Shown here: one piece after another, positions 29,978 through 39,286 of the stretch
How the letters are laid out: every line of letters begins with the position of its first letter
How positions within the stretch are numbered: the first letter of the stretch is position 1
Source: Candidatus Eiseniibacteriota bacterium
GTDB taxonomy: Bacteria; Eisenbacteria; RBG-16-71-46
Direction: 5' to 3'
Assembly (NCBI GenBank): GCA_963776245.1
Contig: CAVZLN010000003.1
Coordinates: 480,001 to 544,000, forward strand
DNA length: 64,000 bases
The notes under the pieces: generated by a model
Database searches by the model: none
Told to the model about the DNA's origin: nothing
What the model saw: only the letters and a program-made list of their open reading frames with translations
Translations under genes and position numbers: made by a program

Positions 29978-30997
29978 ATGTCGGACTCCCATCCCAGGCT
30001 CGTCGCTCTCCCCGAGCGCGCAGTCTCCAAGCCAGTTACGCGCCGTCGCTTCCTCGCCGGACTGGGCCTGCTCGCCGGCGCCGGAGTCGCCGCTCCGTGG
30101 CTCGGACGCGCCCGTTCGCATGGGGTTGCGAGCGTGGACGTGACGCGTCCCGCGCTCGGCACCTACGTGCGCATCCTCGCGCGTCACGAGGATGACAAGC
30201 TTGCGCAGTATGCCATCGATCGAGCGTTCGAGTCGATCGCCCGTGTCGATCGTCAGCTCAGCATCCACCGCCCCGACAGCCAGGTCGCGCGCGTGAACGC
30301 CGCCGCCGGGGAGCGCGCGGTCGCCGTGGACCCCGACGTGCTCGAGGTGGTGGAGCGCGCGCGCGCCGCGTCGCGGCGCTCGCAGGGCATGTACGACCTC
30401 ACCGTCCTGCCGCTGATGCGCCTCTACGGCTTCTACCGCTCGGGACGCACGACGATGCCCGGCGACCGCGACATCGCGGCGGCGCTCGACGTCATGGGTG
30501 ATCGCCAGATCGTCGCGGACCGCGCCGCGGGCACGCTCGGACTGGCGCGCCGCGGCGCGGCGCTCGACCTCGGCTCGATCGGCAAGGGCTGGGCGGTGGA
30601 CCGCGCGGTGGACGCGCTGCGCCGCGAAGGCATCCGCTCCGCGCTGGTGGACGTGGGCCGCAACGTCTACGGCCTCGGCGTCCCCGACGAGGGGGCGCAG
30701 GGCTGGTCGGTGGGGGTCGTCCATCCGGTCACCAACGAAGTTGACCGCGTGTTCGTGCTGCGCGATGCCGCGGTCGCGACCAGTGGCAATTCCGAGCAGT
30801 CGCAGACGCTCTCGGGCGTGCGGGTCGGCCACCTGTTCGACGCGCGCCGCGGGCACCCCGCGGACGGACGCCTCTCGGCCAGCGTGCACGCTCGCACCGG
30901 GACGGACTCGGACACCGGATCCACCACCGCGTTCCTGCTCGGGCCCGCGCGCGGCGCGGACCTGCCGGAGCACCTCGGCATCCACTTCATCGGCTGA
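29978..30997 (+). CDS. apbE: FAD:protein FMN transferase
   Basis: Tat motif TRRRFL; ALGT, YDLTV, LDLGSIGKGWAVD, VATSG, GHLFD. Confidence 0.92.
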   Translation: MSDSHPRLVALPERAVSKPVTRRRFLAGLGLLAGAGVAAPWLGRARSHGVASVDVTRPALGTYVRILARHEDDKLAQYAIDRAFESIARVDRQLSIHRPDSQVARVNAAAGERAVAVDPDVLEVVERARAASRRSQGMYDLTVLPLMRLYGFYRSGRTTMPGDRDIAAALDVMGDRQIVADRAAGTLGLARRGAALDLGSIGKGWAVDRAVDALRREGIRSALVDVGRNVYGLGVPDEGAQGWSVGVVHPVTNEVDRVFVLRDAAVATSGNSEQSQTLSGVRVGHLFDARRGHPADGRLSASVHARTGTDSDTGSTTAFLLGPARGADLPEHLGIHFIG

Positions 30998-31016
30998 TCA
31001 GGGACGGGGGCGGGGC

Positions 31017-32369
31017 ATGGGACACGCGGCGTTGCGCACCTTCGGCCGGGGCGGGATCCACCCCGGGCCGCACAAGGAAGCCACGTCCGCGCTGGCGATC
31101 GAGCCGCTCCCCACGCCACGCGAGGTGCGCCTGCCCCTGCTCCAGCACCTCGGCGAGCCCGGCACGCCGATCGTGAAGAAGGGCGACCTGGTGCGCCGCG
31201 GGCAGAAGATCGCCGAGGGCGGCGAGACCGGCGTGCCGCTCCATGCCACCCTCTCGGGCAAGGTCAAGCCCATCGAGCGGCACCCGCACCCGACGCTGGT
31301 GATGTCCCCGGCGATCGTCATCACGCCGGTCGCCGAGGCCGAGCCCGAGATCGAGTACGCCGAGGACGCGCACTGGCGCGAGGTCGCGCGCGACGAGGCG
31401 CTGGCACGCGTGCGCGAGGCCGGCATCGTCGGGCTCGGCGGCGCGGCGTTCCCGACCTGGCGCAAGCTGGTGTTCGCGGCCGAGGCCGAAGTGGACACGG
31501 TGGTGGTGAACGGCGCCGAGTGCGAGCCCTACCTGACCTCGGACTACCGGCTGATGCTGAGCGAGGCGGTGGCGGTGGTCGAGGGCGGCGTGGCGCTGGC
31601 GCGCGTGGTCGGCGCGGCGCGCGTGCTGTTCGGGGTCGAGTCCGACAAGCCGGACGCCGCGCAGGCGCTCGGCGCGGCGATCGCCGCGTGCCCCGCGCAC
31701 GGCGTGGCGATGCACGTCGTGGCGGTGCAGGCGCGCTACCCGCAGGGCGCCGAGAAGCAGCTGGTGCAGGCGGTCACCGGCCGCGTCGTCCCATCGCGGC
31801 AGCTGCCGCTCGCGGTCGGCGTGCTGGTGCAGAACGTCGCCACCGCGGTCGCCGTGGTCGACGCGCTGCGCTGGAGGAAGCCCCTGCTCGACCGCGTCAT
31901 GACCGTGACCGGGCCGGGCGTGAAGCGTCCGCGCAATCTGAAGGTGCCGCTCGGCACGCTGCTGTCCGAGTTGGTGGAGTACTGCGGCGGCATCACGGAC
32001 GACGCCACGCGCCTGGTGGCGGGCGGCCCGATGATGGGGCGCGCGCTGCCGCGGCTCGACGTGCCGGTGCTCAAGGGCATGAACGGCCTGGTGGTGCTCA
32101 CCGGCCCGTCCACGCTCGATGACGGGTTCCTCTCCTGCATCCAGTGCGGCCGCTGCGTCGAGGCGTGCCCGCTCGGGCTCGAGCCGGACCAGGTGTCGGT
32201 CCGCGTCGAGGCCGGCCGCACGCTGGACACCGAGGCCTACGGCGCGCTCGAGTGCTACGAGTGCGGATGCTGCAGCTACGTGTGCCCGTCGCACCGGCCG
32301 CTGGTGCAGTTCATGCAGGTCGCCAAGGGCTCGCTGCGACGCGCCCGCGAATCGAGGGCGAAGGCATGA
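31017..32369 (+). CDS. rnfC: Rnf complex subunit C
   Basis: GIVGLGGAAFPT, NGAECEPYLTSD, YPQGAEKQL, GGPMMG, CIQCGRC/CYECGCC. Confidence 0.95.
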   Translation: MGHAALRTFGRGGIHPGPHKEATSALAIEPLPTPREVRLPLLQHLGEPGTPIVKKGDLVRRGQKIAEGGETGVPLHATLSGKVKPIERHPHPTLVMSPAIVITPVAEAEPEIEYAEDAHWREVARDEALARVREAGIVGLGGAAFPTWRKLVFAAEAEVDTVVVNGAECEPYLTSDYRLMLSEAVAVVEGGVALARVVGAARVLFGVESDKPDAAQALGAAIAACPAHGVAMHVVAVQARYPQGAEKQLVQAVTGRVVPSRQLPLAVGVLVQNVATAVAVVDALRWRKPLLDRVMTVTGPGVKRPRNLKVPLGTLLSELVEYCGGITDDATRLVAGGPMMGRALPRLDVPVLKGMNGLVVLTGPSTLDDGFLSCIQCGRCVEACPLGLEPDQVSVRVEAGRTLDTEAYGALECYECGCCSYVCPSHRPLVQFMQVAKGSLRRARESRAKA

Positions 32370-33346
32370 GCGAAGGCCGGAAGTTCGTCATCTCGCCGGG
32401 GCCGCACCTGCACAGCGCCGAGAGCACTGCGAACATCATGTGGTGGGTGAACGGCACGCTCGCCCCGATGGCGCTGTGGGGCGTGTTCGTGTTCGGCGGG
32501 GCCGCGCTCGCGACCATCGCCGGCGCCGTCGCCGGCGCGGCGGGCTCCGAATGGGGCGTGGCGCGGCTGGCGAAGCGGCGCTCCCCGCTCGGCGACGGCA
32601 GCGCGGTGTGCACCGGCCTGCTGCTCGCGCTCACCATCTCCCCGGGCGTGGCGTGGTGGATGGCGCTGCTCGGCGGGGCGTTCTCCATCCTGCTCGGCAA
32701 GGCGATCTTCGGCGGCCTCGGGTACAACCTCTTCAATCCCGCCCTCATCGGCCGCGCCTTCATGATGGCGTCCTTCCCGGTGGCGATGACGTCGTCGTGG
32801 CTGGCCCCGCGCCCGTGGTTCTCGGCGCCGCTCGACGCCATCTCCACCGCGACCCCGCTGGCGGCCCTGCGCGAGCACGGACTCGACGCGGCGATGAAGC
32901 TGGTGACCAGCCCCGCGGGCGCCTGGGGCGGGCTCGCGCTCGGGTTCCGACCCGGCTCGATCGGCGAGACCTCGATGGTGCTCATCGCGCTCGGCGCCGC
33001 GGTGCTGCTCGCGCGCGGCATCATCACGCTCTGGATCCCGCTGAGCGTGCTGGCGGGCGTCGCGCTCTCGACCGCCTTCACCGGGGCGGCCGGCCTCCAT
33101 CTGATGAGCGGCGGGCTGTGGCTGGGCGCGTTCTACATGGCGACCGACTACGTCACCTCGCCCGCGGTGCGCGGGGGGCAGATCGCGTACGGGCTCACCA
33201 TCGGCGTGCTCACCGGGATCATCCGCGTCTACGGCGGCTATCCGGAGGGCATCTGCTACGCCATCCTGCTCGCGAACGCGATGTCGCCCGCCTTCAACCT
33301 GTGGTTCCGGCCCCGCCGGACCGCGCTCGCGGGGACCCCGTCATGA
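32366..33346 (+). CDS. rnfD: Rnf complex subunit D
   Basis: SPGPH, FGGLGYNLFNPAL, FMN site DAISTATPL, GSIGETS, MATDYVTSP. Confidence 0.95.
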   Translation: MSEGRKFVISPGPHLHSAESTANIMWWVNGTLAPMALWGVFVFGGAALATIAGAVAGAAGSEWGVARLAKRRSPLGDGSAVCTGLLLALTISPGVAWWMALLGGAFSILLGKAIFGGLGYNLFNPALIGRAFMMASFPVAMTSSWLAPRPWFSAPLDAISTATPLAALREHGLDAAMKLVTSPAGAWGGLALGFRPGSIGETSMVLIALGAAVLLARGIITLWIPLSVLAGVALSTAFTGAAGLHLMSGGLWLGAFYMATDYVTSPAVRGGQIAYGLTIGVLTGIIRVYGGYPEGICYAILLANAMSPAFNLWFRPRRTALAGTPS

Positions 33347-34203
33347 GCGCGACGCCCCGGAACGAGGACCGCGCCGAACTGGTGCGCATCGTGGTCTCGA
33401 TGACCGGCACCATGGTGCTCGCCGGGCTGATCCTCGGCGGAGTGTTCCTCGGCACCGATCGTTATCAGAAGGTGGCCGGCCTGGCCCGGGAACGGCGCAA
33501 CGTCTCCGAGATGCTCGCGCTCGACTCCAGCGCCACCGTCCTCGAGGTGCGCCAGTACCTCGACGCGACGAAGCGCGAGGTGGTCTACCACGCCCGCCGA
33601 TTCGGCGACGCGACCGCCGCGACGCGCTCGATCGTCTTCTCGCTCGAGGGCGAGCCGCGCGGCGAGGCCGAGGTCCCCGCCGCCGCGGGCGGCGAGGCGG
33701 CGCCCGCGGGGCTGCGCTCGCTCGGGCGCGTGTTCGTCGCGCGCGCGGCCGGAGCGCCGGCGGGGTTCGTGGTCGAGGGCGAGGCGCGCGGCTACAAGAA
33801 CCGCATCCGCTTCTTCGTCGCGCTCTCGCCCGGGTTCGAGATCCGGGGCGTGCGCGTGGTCGAACACGAGGAGGACCCGGGCCTCGGTGCCGAGGTCGCC
33901 ACCCCGTGGTTCCAGGGCCAGTACCTGGGACGCGGTGGCGACGCGGTCGCGAAGCTCGACGTGACGCGCGACCCGATGCCCGAGGACTGGCGCGCCGCGC
34001 TCCAGGAGCTGGCACGCACCCCGGCGCCGGCCTGGCGCGAGAAGCACGCGGCGCAGCTCCGGGAGCAGGGCACCCGGCCCATCTACGCCGTCACGGGGGC
34101 GACCATCTCGAGTCGCGCGCTCACCGGCGGCGTGCGCGCCGCGGTGGATCACTTCCGGCGGCGCTGGCAGTTGCTCGCGCCCTACCTCGGAGGTCCGGCA
34201 TGA
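33343..34203 (+). CDS. rnfG: Rnf complex subunit G (enlarged)
   Basis: N-terminal TM helix; GYKNRI, HEEDPGLG, FMN site AVTGATISS; 286 aa. Confidence 0.88.
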   Translation: MSATPRNEDRAELVRIVVSMTGTMVLAGLILGGVFLGTDRYQKVAGLARERRNVSEMLALDSSATVLEVRQYLDATKREVVYHARRFGDATAATRSIVFSLEGEPRGEAEVPAAAGGEAAPAGLRSLGRVFVARAAGAPAGFVVEGEARGYKNRIRFFVALSPGFEIRGVRVVEHEEDPGLGAEVATPWFQGQYLGRGGDAVAKLDVTRDPMPEDWRAALQELARTPAPAWREKHAAQLREQGTRPIYAVTGATISSRALTGGVRAAVDHFRRRWQLLAPYLGGPA

Positions 34204-34862
34204 GCACCACGCTCCACCCCGGCCCCGCGCCCAGCGCGTGGCAGTTGGTGATCAACGGGATCCTCAACGAGAACCCGGTGTTCCGGCTCGCGCTCTCGCT
34301 CTGCCCCGCGGTCGCGGTGACCAACACGGTGATGAACGGCGTCATCCTCGGCGTCGCCGTGCTGTGCGTGCAGGTGCTCTCGAGCGTGACCGTGGCGATC
34401 GCCAAGCGCCTCATCCACCCGCGCGTGCGCATCCCGGTCTACACCGTCATCATCGCGGTGTGGGTGAGCGCCATGGACATGACGCTCGCCGCCTTCACCC
34501 CGGCGCTCTACGCCCAGGTCGGGCTCTACGTGAAGCTGATCGTGGCGTTCGCCATCATCATCTCGCGGCTCGAGGTGTTCGCGTCCCGCCAGCCGGTGTG
34601 GCCCTCGTTCTGGGACGGGCTCGGCATGGGCCTCGGCTTCCTGTTCGCGCTGGTGGTCATCGGCGCGCTGCGCGAGCTGCTCGGCAATGGCTCGCTGCTC
34701 GGCGTGGCGCTCACGCCCACCAAGCCGCTGCTGTTCTTCGCGCTGCCGGCGGGGGGGTTCTTCTCGATCGCCCTGCTGATGGCGTTCTTCAACGCCGTCG
34801 AGGCCCGGGTCGCGGGGCCCGACGCGGCCCCGAAGCCGGGTGGCGGGGGGTCGCATGGCTAG
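34200..34862 (+). CDS. rnfE: Rnf complex subunit E
   Basis: NENPVF...LCPAVAVT, RVRIP, DGLGMGLGF, GALRELLG, LPAGGF. Confidence 0.92.
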   Translation: MSTTLHPGPAPSAWQLVINGILNENPVFRLALSLCPAVAVTNTVMNGVILGVAVLCVQVLSSVTVAIAKRLIHPRVRIPVYTVIIAVWVSAMDMTLAAFTPALYAQVGLYVKLIVAFAIIISRLEVFASRQPVWPSFWDGLGMGLGFLFALVVIGALRELLGNGSLLGVALTPTKPLLFFALPAGGFFSIALLMAFFNAVEARVAGPDAAPKPGGGGSHG

Positions 34863-35778
34863 CCTGTTCCGCCGCCTCGCCGTCGCCTCGCTCGCCTCGA
34901 TCGCGCTCCTCGCGCCCTCCGCGCGCGCCGCGGAGCCGCTGATCCGTCACGTCCGCGTGCTGGCGCCGAACGCGGTCCGGGTGACGCTCGCGCAGCCGCT
35001 CGCGCGCACCGACGCGGCCAACTTCCGCTTCACCGAGGCGAGCGCGCCCGACGCGCCGATGACCGTGAAGGCGGTGCGGGTGGACGCGCCGGACCGCGTG
35101 ACCCTGACTGTCGACCAGCCGCTCTACGCCGGGAACGCCTACCGCCTCGAGATCGCCGAGCCGCGCGCGGCGCGCGACGTCAAGCCGCCGGCGTGGGCGC
35201 TCCTGTTCGCCGTGTTCCTCTCGTCCGCGCTCATCAACAACTTCGTGTTCACGCGCTATCTCGGCCTGTGCGTGTTCTTCGGGGTGTCGAAGCGGCGCGA
35301 CACCGCGATCGGCATGGGCATCACCTTCACCCTGGTGATGGTGCTCACCGGCATGATCTCGTGGGCGCTCTTCACCTTCGTGATGAAACCGCTCCATCTC
35401 GGCTTCCTGCAGATCATCGTGTTCATCGGCGTGGTCGCGTTCTTCGTGCAGCTGCTCGATACCGTGCTCAAGAAAGTCCTTCCGGCGCTGCACCGCGGCT
35501 TCGGCATCTACCTGGTGCTGATCACCACCAACTGCATCATCCTGGCGGTGCCGCTGCTCAACGCGGCCGCCGACGCGAGCGCGCTGGACGCGCTGGCGCT
35601 GGCGATGGGCTCGGGGCTGGGCTTCGCGCTCGCGCTGTTCCTGATGTCGTGCGCCCGCGAGAAGGTGGAGCTCGCGCGCGTGCCGAAGGCGTTCGAGGGG
35701 CTGCCCATCGCGTTCGCCCTCGCCGGGCTGTTCGCCCTCGCCTTCATGGGATTCTCGGGACTGGACTTCTTCCGCTAG
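34855..35778 (+). CDS. rnfA: Rnf complex subunit A with N-terminal exported beta-rich domain
   Basis: C-terminal about 195 aa: INNFVFTRYLGLC, GMG, LITTNCIIL, GSGLGF, FMGFSG. N-terminal signal peptide plus about 85-aa extra domain. Confidence 0.9.
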   Translation: MASLFRRLAVASLASIALLAPSARAAEPLIRHVRVLAPNAVRVTLAQPLARTDAANFRFTEASAPDAPMTVKAVRVDAPDRVTLTVDQPLYAGNAYRLEIAEPRAARDVKPPAWALLFAVFLSSALINNFVFTRYLGLCVFFGVSKRRDTAIGMGITFTLVMVLTGMISWALFTFVMKPLHLGFLQIIVFIGVVAFFVQLLDTVLKKVLPALHRGFGIYLVLITTNCIILAVPLLNAAADASALDALALAMGSGLGFALALFLMSCAREKVELARVPKAFEGLPIAFALAGLFALAFMGFSGLDFFR

Positions 35779-35786
35779 GGGACGCC

Positions 35787-36662
35787 GTGGACCAGCAGAC
35801 GCTCGGCATCGTGCTGTGGGGCCTCGCGGTCTTCACCGTGCTCGGGCTGCTGTTCGGTCTCGCGCTCGCGGTCGCCGCGCAGCGCTTCCGCGTCGCCGTC
35901 AATCCGCTGGTGGACGCGGTGCGCGAGGCCCTGCCCTCCGCCAACTGCGGCGCCTGCGGCTTCGCGGGCTGCACCGCGTACGCGGAAGCGGTGGTCGAGA
36001 AGCTCGAGGTGTCACCGAACCTGTGCATCCCCGGCCGCCAGGCGGTGGCGAGCGCGGTCGCGACGCTCACCCACAAGGTGCTGGGCTCGGTCGAGGACCG
36101 TGTGGTGGTGATGCGCTGCCACGGCACCAGCGCCTACGCGCGCGACGAGGCCGAATACGCGGGCATCCCCACCTGCTCCGCCGCGGCGATGGTGTTCGGC
36201 GGTCCCAAGGCCTGCAAGAACGGCTGCCTCGGGCTCGGCGACTGCGTGCGCGCCTGCCCGTTCGGCGCGCTGCACCTCGGCGGCTCGGGCATCGCGGTGG
36301 TGGACACCGCGCGCTGCACCGGGTGCGCCATCTGCGTGGCGATCTGTCCCAAGAACCTGTTCGAGCTCTACCCGCGCTCGCGCCGCATCGAGCTGGCGTG
36401 CGTCGCGAAGGACAAGGGCTCGGTGGTGCGCTCGACCTGCATGGTCGGATGTATCCTGTGCCGCAAGTGCGTCTCGAAGTGCCCGGCCGGCGCGATCGCG
36501 TGGGACGGCCAGACCATCGTCATCGATCACGAGAAATGCCAGGCGTACGGCCCGTCGTGCAACGAGGCTTGCGTCGACATCTGCCCGAGCACCATCCTGC
36601 ATCGCGTCGGCCAGCTGCCTCGTCCCGAGGTGGTGGAGGCCCCGCAGACCGTGGAGGTTTGA
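35787..36662 (+). CDS. rnfB: Rnf complex subunit B
   Basis: LPSANCGACGFAGC, CKNGCLGLGDCVRACPF, CTGCAIC, CILCRKC. Confidence 0.93.
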   Translation: MDQQTLGIVLWGLAVFTVLGLLFGLALAVAAQRFRVAVNPLVDAVREALPSANCGACGFAGCTAYAEAVVEKLEVSPNLCIPGRQAVASAVATLTHKVLGSVEDRVVVMRCHGTSAYARDEAEYAGIPTCSAAAMVFGGPKACKNGCLGLGDCVRACPFGALHLGGSGIAVVDTARCTGCAICVAICPKNLFELYPRSRRIELACVAKDKGSVVRSTCMVGCILCRKCVSKCPAGAIAWDGQTIVIDHEKCQAYGPSCNEACVDICPSTILHRVGQLPRPEVVEAPQTVEV

Positions 36663-36667
36663 ACCCT

Positions 36668-38416
36668 ATGGAGACCGGCACCCGCACCACCCGCACCGCG
36701 GCCGCGCAGGACGTCGCCACGACGGACTCGATCGTCCTCGCGGTGGTGGGCAGCGGCGGCGACGGCGTGGCCCTGCTGGGCGACCTCATCCTCAAGATGG
36801 CCGCGCACCAGGGCCTCTACGGCATGATGGTCCAGTCGTACGGGCCCCAGATCCGCGGCGGCGAGTCCGCGGTGGCGCTGCGCATCGCGCGCGACGAGGT
36901 CCAGTACGAAGGCGAGGTCACCGATCTGCTGCTGTGCTTCCGGCTCGGCGACCTCAAGCGCTTCCGCGGCGCGGTCCACCTCCACGCCCAGAGCATCCTG
37001 ATGCTCGAGCAGGCCGACCAGGGCGAGGTGCCCGAGTGGCTCGGGCGCTGCGACCGCCCACCGCTGCGCCATCCCTTCGCCACCTTCCAGGACGGCATGG
37101 AGGTGGCGGGCGGTCCGAAGAACATGCAGGGCCTCGGGCTGATCGCGCGCTCGCTCGGCTGGCCGCTCGAGCTGGTGACCCAGGTGCTGGAGCAGCGCTT
37201 CGGTCAGCGGCCCGAGGCGCTGGCGCGCAACCTCGCGGCGGTCGCGACCGGCTACGCGCGCGAGGACGCGCCCGTGCTGCCGCGCCTGCGGGGCCACGGC
37301 GTGGCGCTTCCGGTCGAGGCGGGCAATGAGGCCACCGCGCGCGGCGCGATCGCCGCCGGCCTGCGATTCTTCGCCGGCTACCCGATCACCCCGTCGTCCG
37401 AGGTCATGGAGACCCTGATCGACGAGCTGCCCGCGGTGGGCGGCACCGTGGTGCAGGCGGAGGACGAGATCGCCGCGCTCGGCATGGTGCTGGGCGCGTC
37501 CTTCGGCGGCACGCCTTCGATGACCGCGACCAGCGGTCCGGGGCTCTCGCTGATGACCGAGATGATGGGGCTCTCGTCGATGGTCGAGATCCCGTCGGTG
37601 ATCGTGGACTGCCAGCGCGTCGGCCCCGCCACCGGCATGCCCTCGCGCACCGAGCAGGCCGACCTCAACCACGCGATCTTCGCCGGCCACGGGGACTTCC
37701 CGCGCGTGGTGCTCGGCGTGTACGACGTGGTGCACGCGTACGACGTCATGTTCAAGGCCTTCCACCTCGCCGAGCACTATGCGCTGCCGGTGCTGGTGCT
37801 CTCCGACGCCTACGTGGCGCAGCGCCGCCAGATCCGCGATCCCATCGTGCCGCGACCCGCGACCGCCCGGCGCCCGCTGTGGACCGCCGAGTACGGGCCC
37901 GCGCGCTTCAAGCTGCACGACATCGTCTCGCCGTTCCGCCGCCCGGGGACGCCCGGCGGGCAATATCTCGCCGCCGGCATCGAGCACACCGTGGCCGGCG
38001 CGCCTTCGGCCGACGGCGGCGTGCACGAGGACATGCAGGCCAAGCGCTTCAAGAAGATGCCGGCGATCGCCGGCGAGACGCGCGACTGGTTCCGCGCCTT
38101 CGGCGCGGACTCCGCGCCGCGGGGCCTCATCGCGTGGGGCAGCATGTACGGCCTGCTGCGCGAGTACGTGAAGCGCCACCCCGAGTACCGCGTGTTCATG
38201 CCCGAGATCCTGCACCCGTTCCCGATCGAGGGCCTGACGGCCTGGCGCCGCGGTCTCGAGCAGCTGGCGGTCGTCGAGCTGTCGTTCGGCGCCCAGCTCC
38301 ACCGCTACCTGTGTGGCATCACCGACATGAACGGCGTGGCCAGCGTCGCGCGCAGCGGCGGCCTGCCGATGACCGAGATGGAACTCACCCGCATGCTCCA
38401 TGAGGTGACCCGATGA
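36668..38416 (+). CDS. 2-oxoacid:acceptor oxidoreductase alpha subunit (KorA/OorA type, gamma-alpha fusion)
   Basis: GSGGDG, YGPQIRGGES, GYPITPSSE, QAEDEIAA, TATSGPGLSLM, QRVGPATGMP. Confidence 0.93.
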   Translation: METGTRTTRTAAAQDVATTDSIVLAVVGSGGDGVALLGDLILKMAAHQGLYGMMVQSYGPQIRGGESAVALRIARDEVQYEGEVTDLLLCFRLGDLKRFRGAVHLHAQSILMLEQADQGEVPEWLGRCDRPPLRHPFATFQDGMEVAGGPKNMQGLGLIARSLGWPLELVTQVLEQRFGQRPEALARNLAAVATGYAREDAPVLPRLRGHGVALPVEAGNEATARGAIAAGLRFFAGYPITPSSEVMETLIDELPAVGGTVVQAEDEIAALGMVLGASFGGTPSMTATSGPGLSLMTEMMGLSSMVEIPSVIVDCQRVGPATGMPSRTEQADLNHAIFAGHGDFPRVVLGVYDVVHAYDVMFKAFHLAEHYALPVLVLSDAYVAQRRQIRDPIVPRPATARRPLWTAEYGPARFKLHDIVSPFRRPGTPGGQYLAAGIEHTVAGAPSADGGVHEDMQAKRFKKMPAIAGETRDWFRAFGADSAPRGLIAWGSMYGLLREYVKRHPEYRVFMPEILHPFPIEGLTAWRRGLEQLAVVELSFGAQLHRYLCGITDMNGVASVARSGGLPMTEMELTRMLHEVTR

Positions 38417-39261
38417 AGGCCAAGGACTATCGTTCCGAACTCGAGCCCGTGTGGTGCAGCGGCTGCGGCGACTTCGGGGTGCTCAAGGGCCTCACCCAGG
38501 CGCTCGCCGACCTCGAGGTGGTGCCCGAGAAGCTCGCCGTGGTGTCGGGCATCGGGTGCTCCAGCCGGCTCTCGGGCTACATGAACGCGTACTCGTTCAA
38601 CTCGGTCCACGGGCGCGCGCTCCCGATCGCCACCGGGCTCAAGCTGTCGCGCCCCGAGCTCACCACCGTGGTGGTGGGCGGCGACGGCGACGGGTTCAGC
38701 ATCGGGCTCGGCCACATCCCGCACGCGATCCGCCGCAACGTGGACTTCACCTACGCGGTGATGGACAACGGGATCTACGGGCTCACCAAGGGCCAGGCCT
38801 CGCCGACCACCGAGATGGAGGCCAAGCGCGAACGCGGCCTCGCCGGTCAGGACGAGCGCCCGCTCAACCCGGTGCTGCTGGTGCTCAGCTCGGGCGCCGG
38901 GTTCGTCGCGCGCGGGCACGCGGGCAACCTGCCGCACCTGCGCCAGATGTTCCGCGAGGCCATCCAGTACCGTGGCTTCGCGTTCATCCACATCCTCGCC
39001 GGCTGCGTGACCTACCAGCCGGCGGGATACGCCGAGGAGCTCTATCAGCGCAGCTTCTTCCTCCCCGACGACTACGACCCGTCCGACTTCAATCGGGCGA
39101 GCGATCTCGCGCGGGGCGAGCGATTCGCGCTGGGTGTCCTTTATCGTCGCGACCCGGACCGACCCCCCGTCGTGTCGCGACCCGGAGAACAAGCCGAGGC
39201 CGGCGTCTGGCCTCCGTCGGGGGTGGCGGCGGAGCCCACCTTCCCCGGGGAGAGCGCCTGA
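38413..39261 (+). CDS. 2-oxoacid:ferredoxin oxidoreductase beta subunit (KorB type)
   Basis: WCSGCGDF, SGIGCSSR, HGRALP, GGDGD, DNGIYGLTKGQASPT. Confidence 0.93.
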   Translation: MKAKDYRSELEPVWCSGCGDFGVLKGLTQALADLEVVPEKLAVVSGIGCSSRLSGYMNAYSFNSVHGRALPIATGLKLSRPELTTVVVGGDGDGFSIGLGHIPHAIRRNVDFTYAVMDNGIYGLTKGQASPTTEMEAKRERGLAGQDERPLNPVLLVLSSGAGFVARGHAGNLPHLRQMFREAIQYRGFAFIHILAGCVTYQPAGYAEELYQRSFFLPDDYDPSDFNRASDLARGERFALGVLYRRDPDRPPVVSRPGEQAEAGVWPPSGVAAEPTFPGESA

Positions 39262-39286
39262 CGCGCGGACTCGAGTGAGGCTCGAG

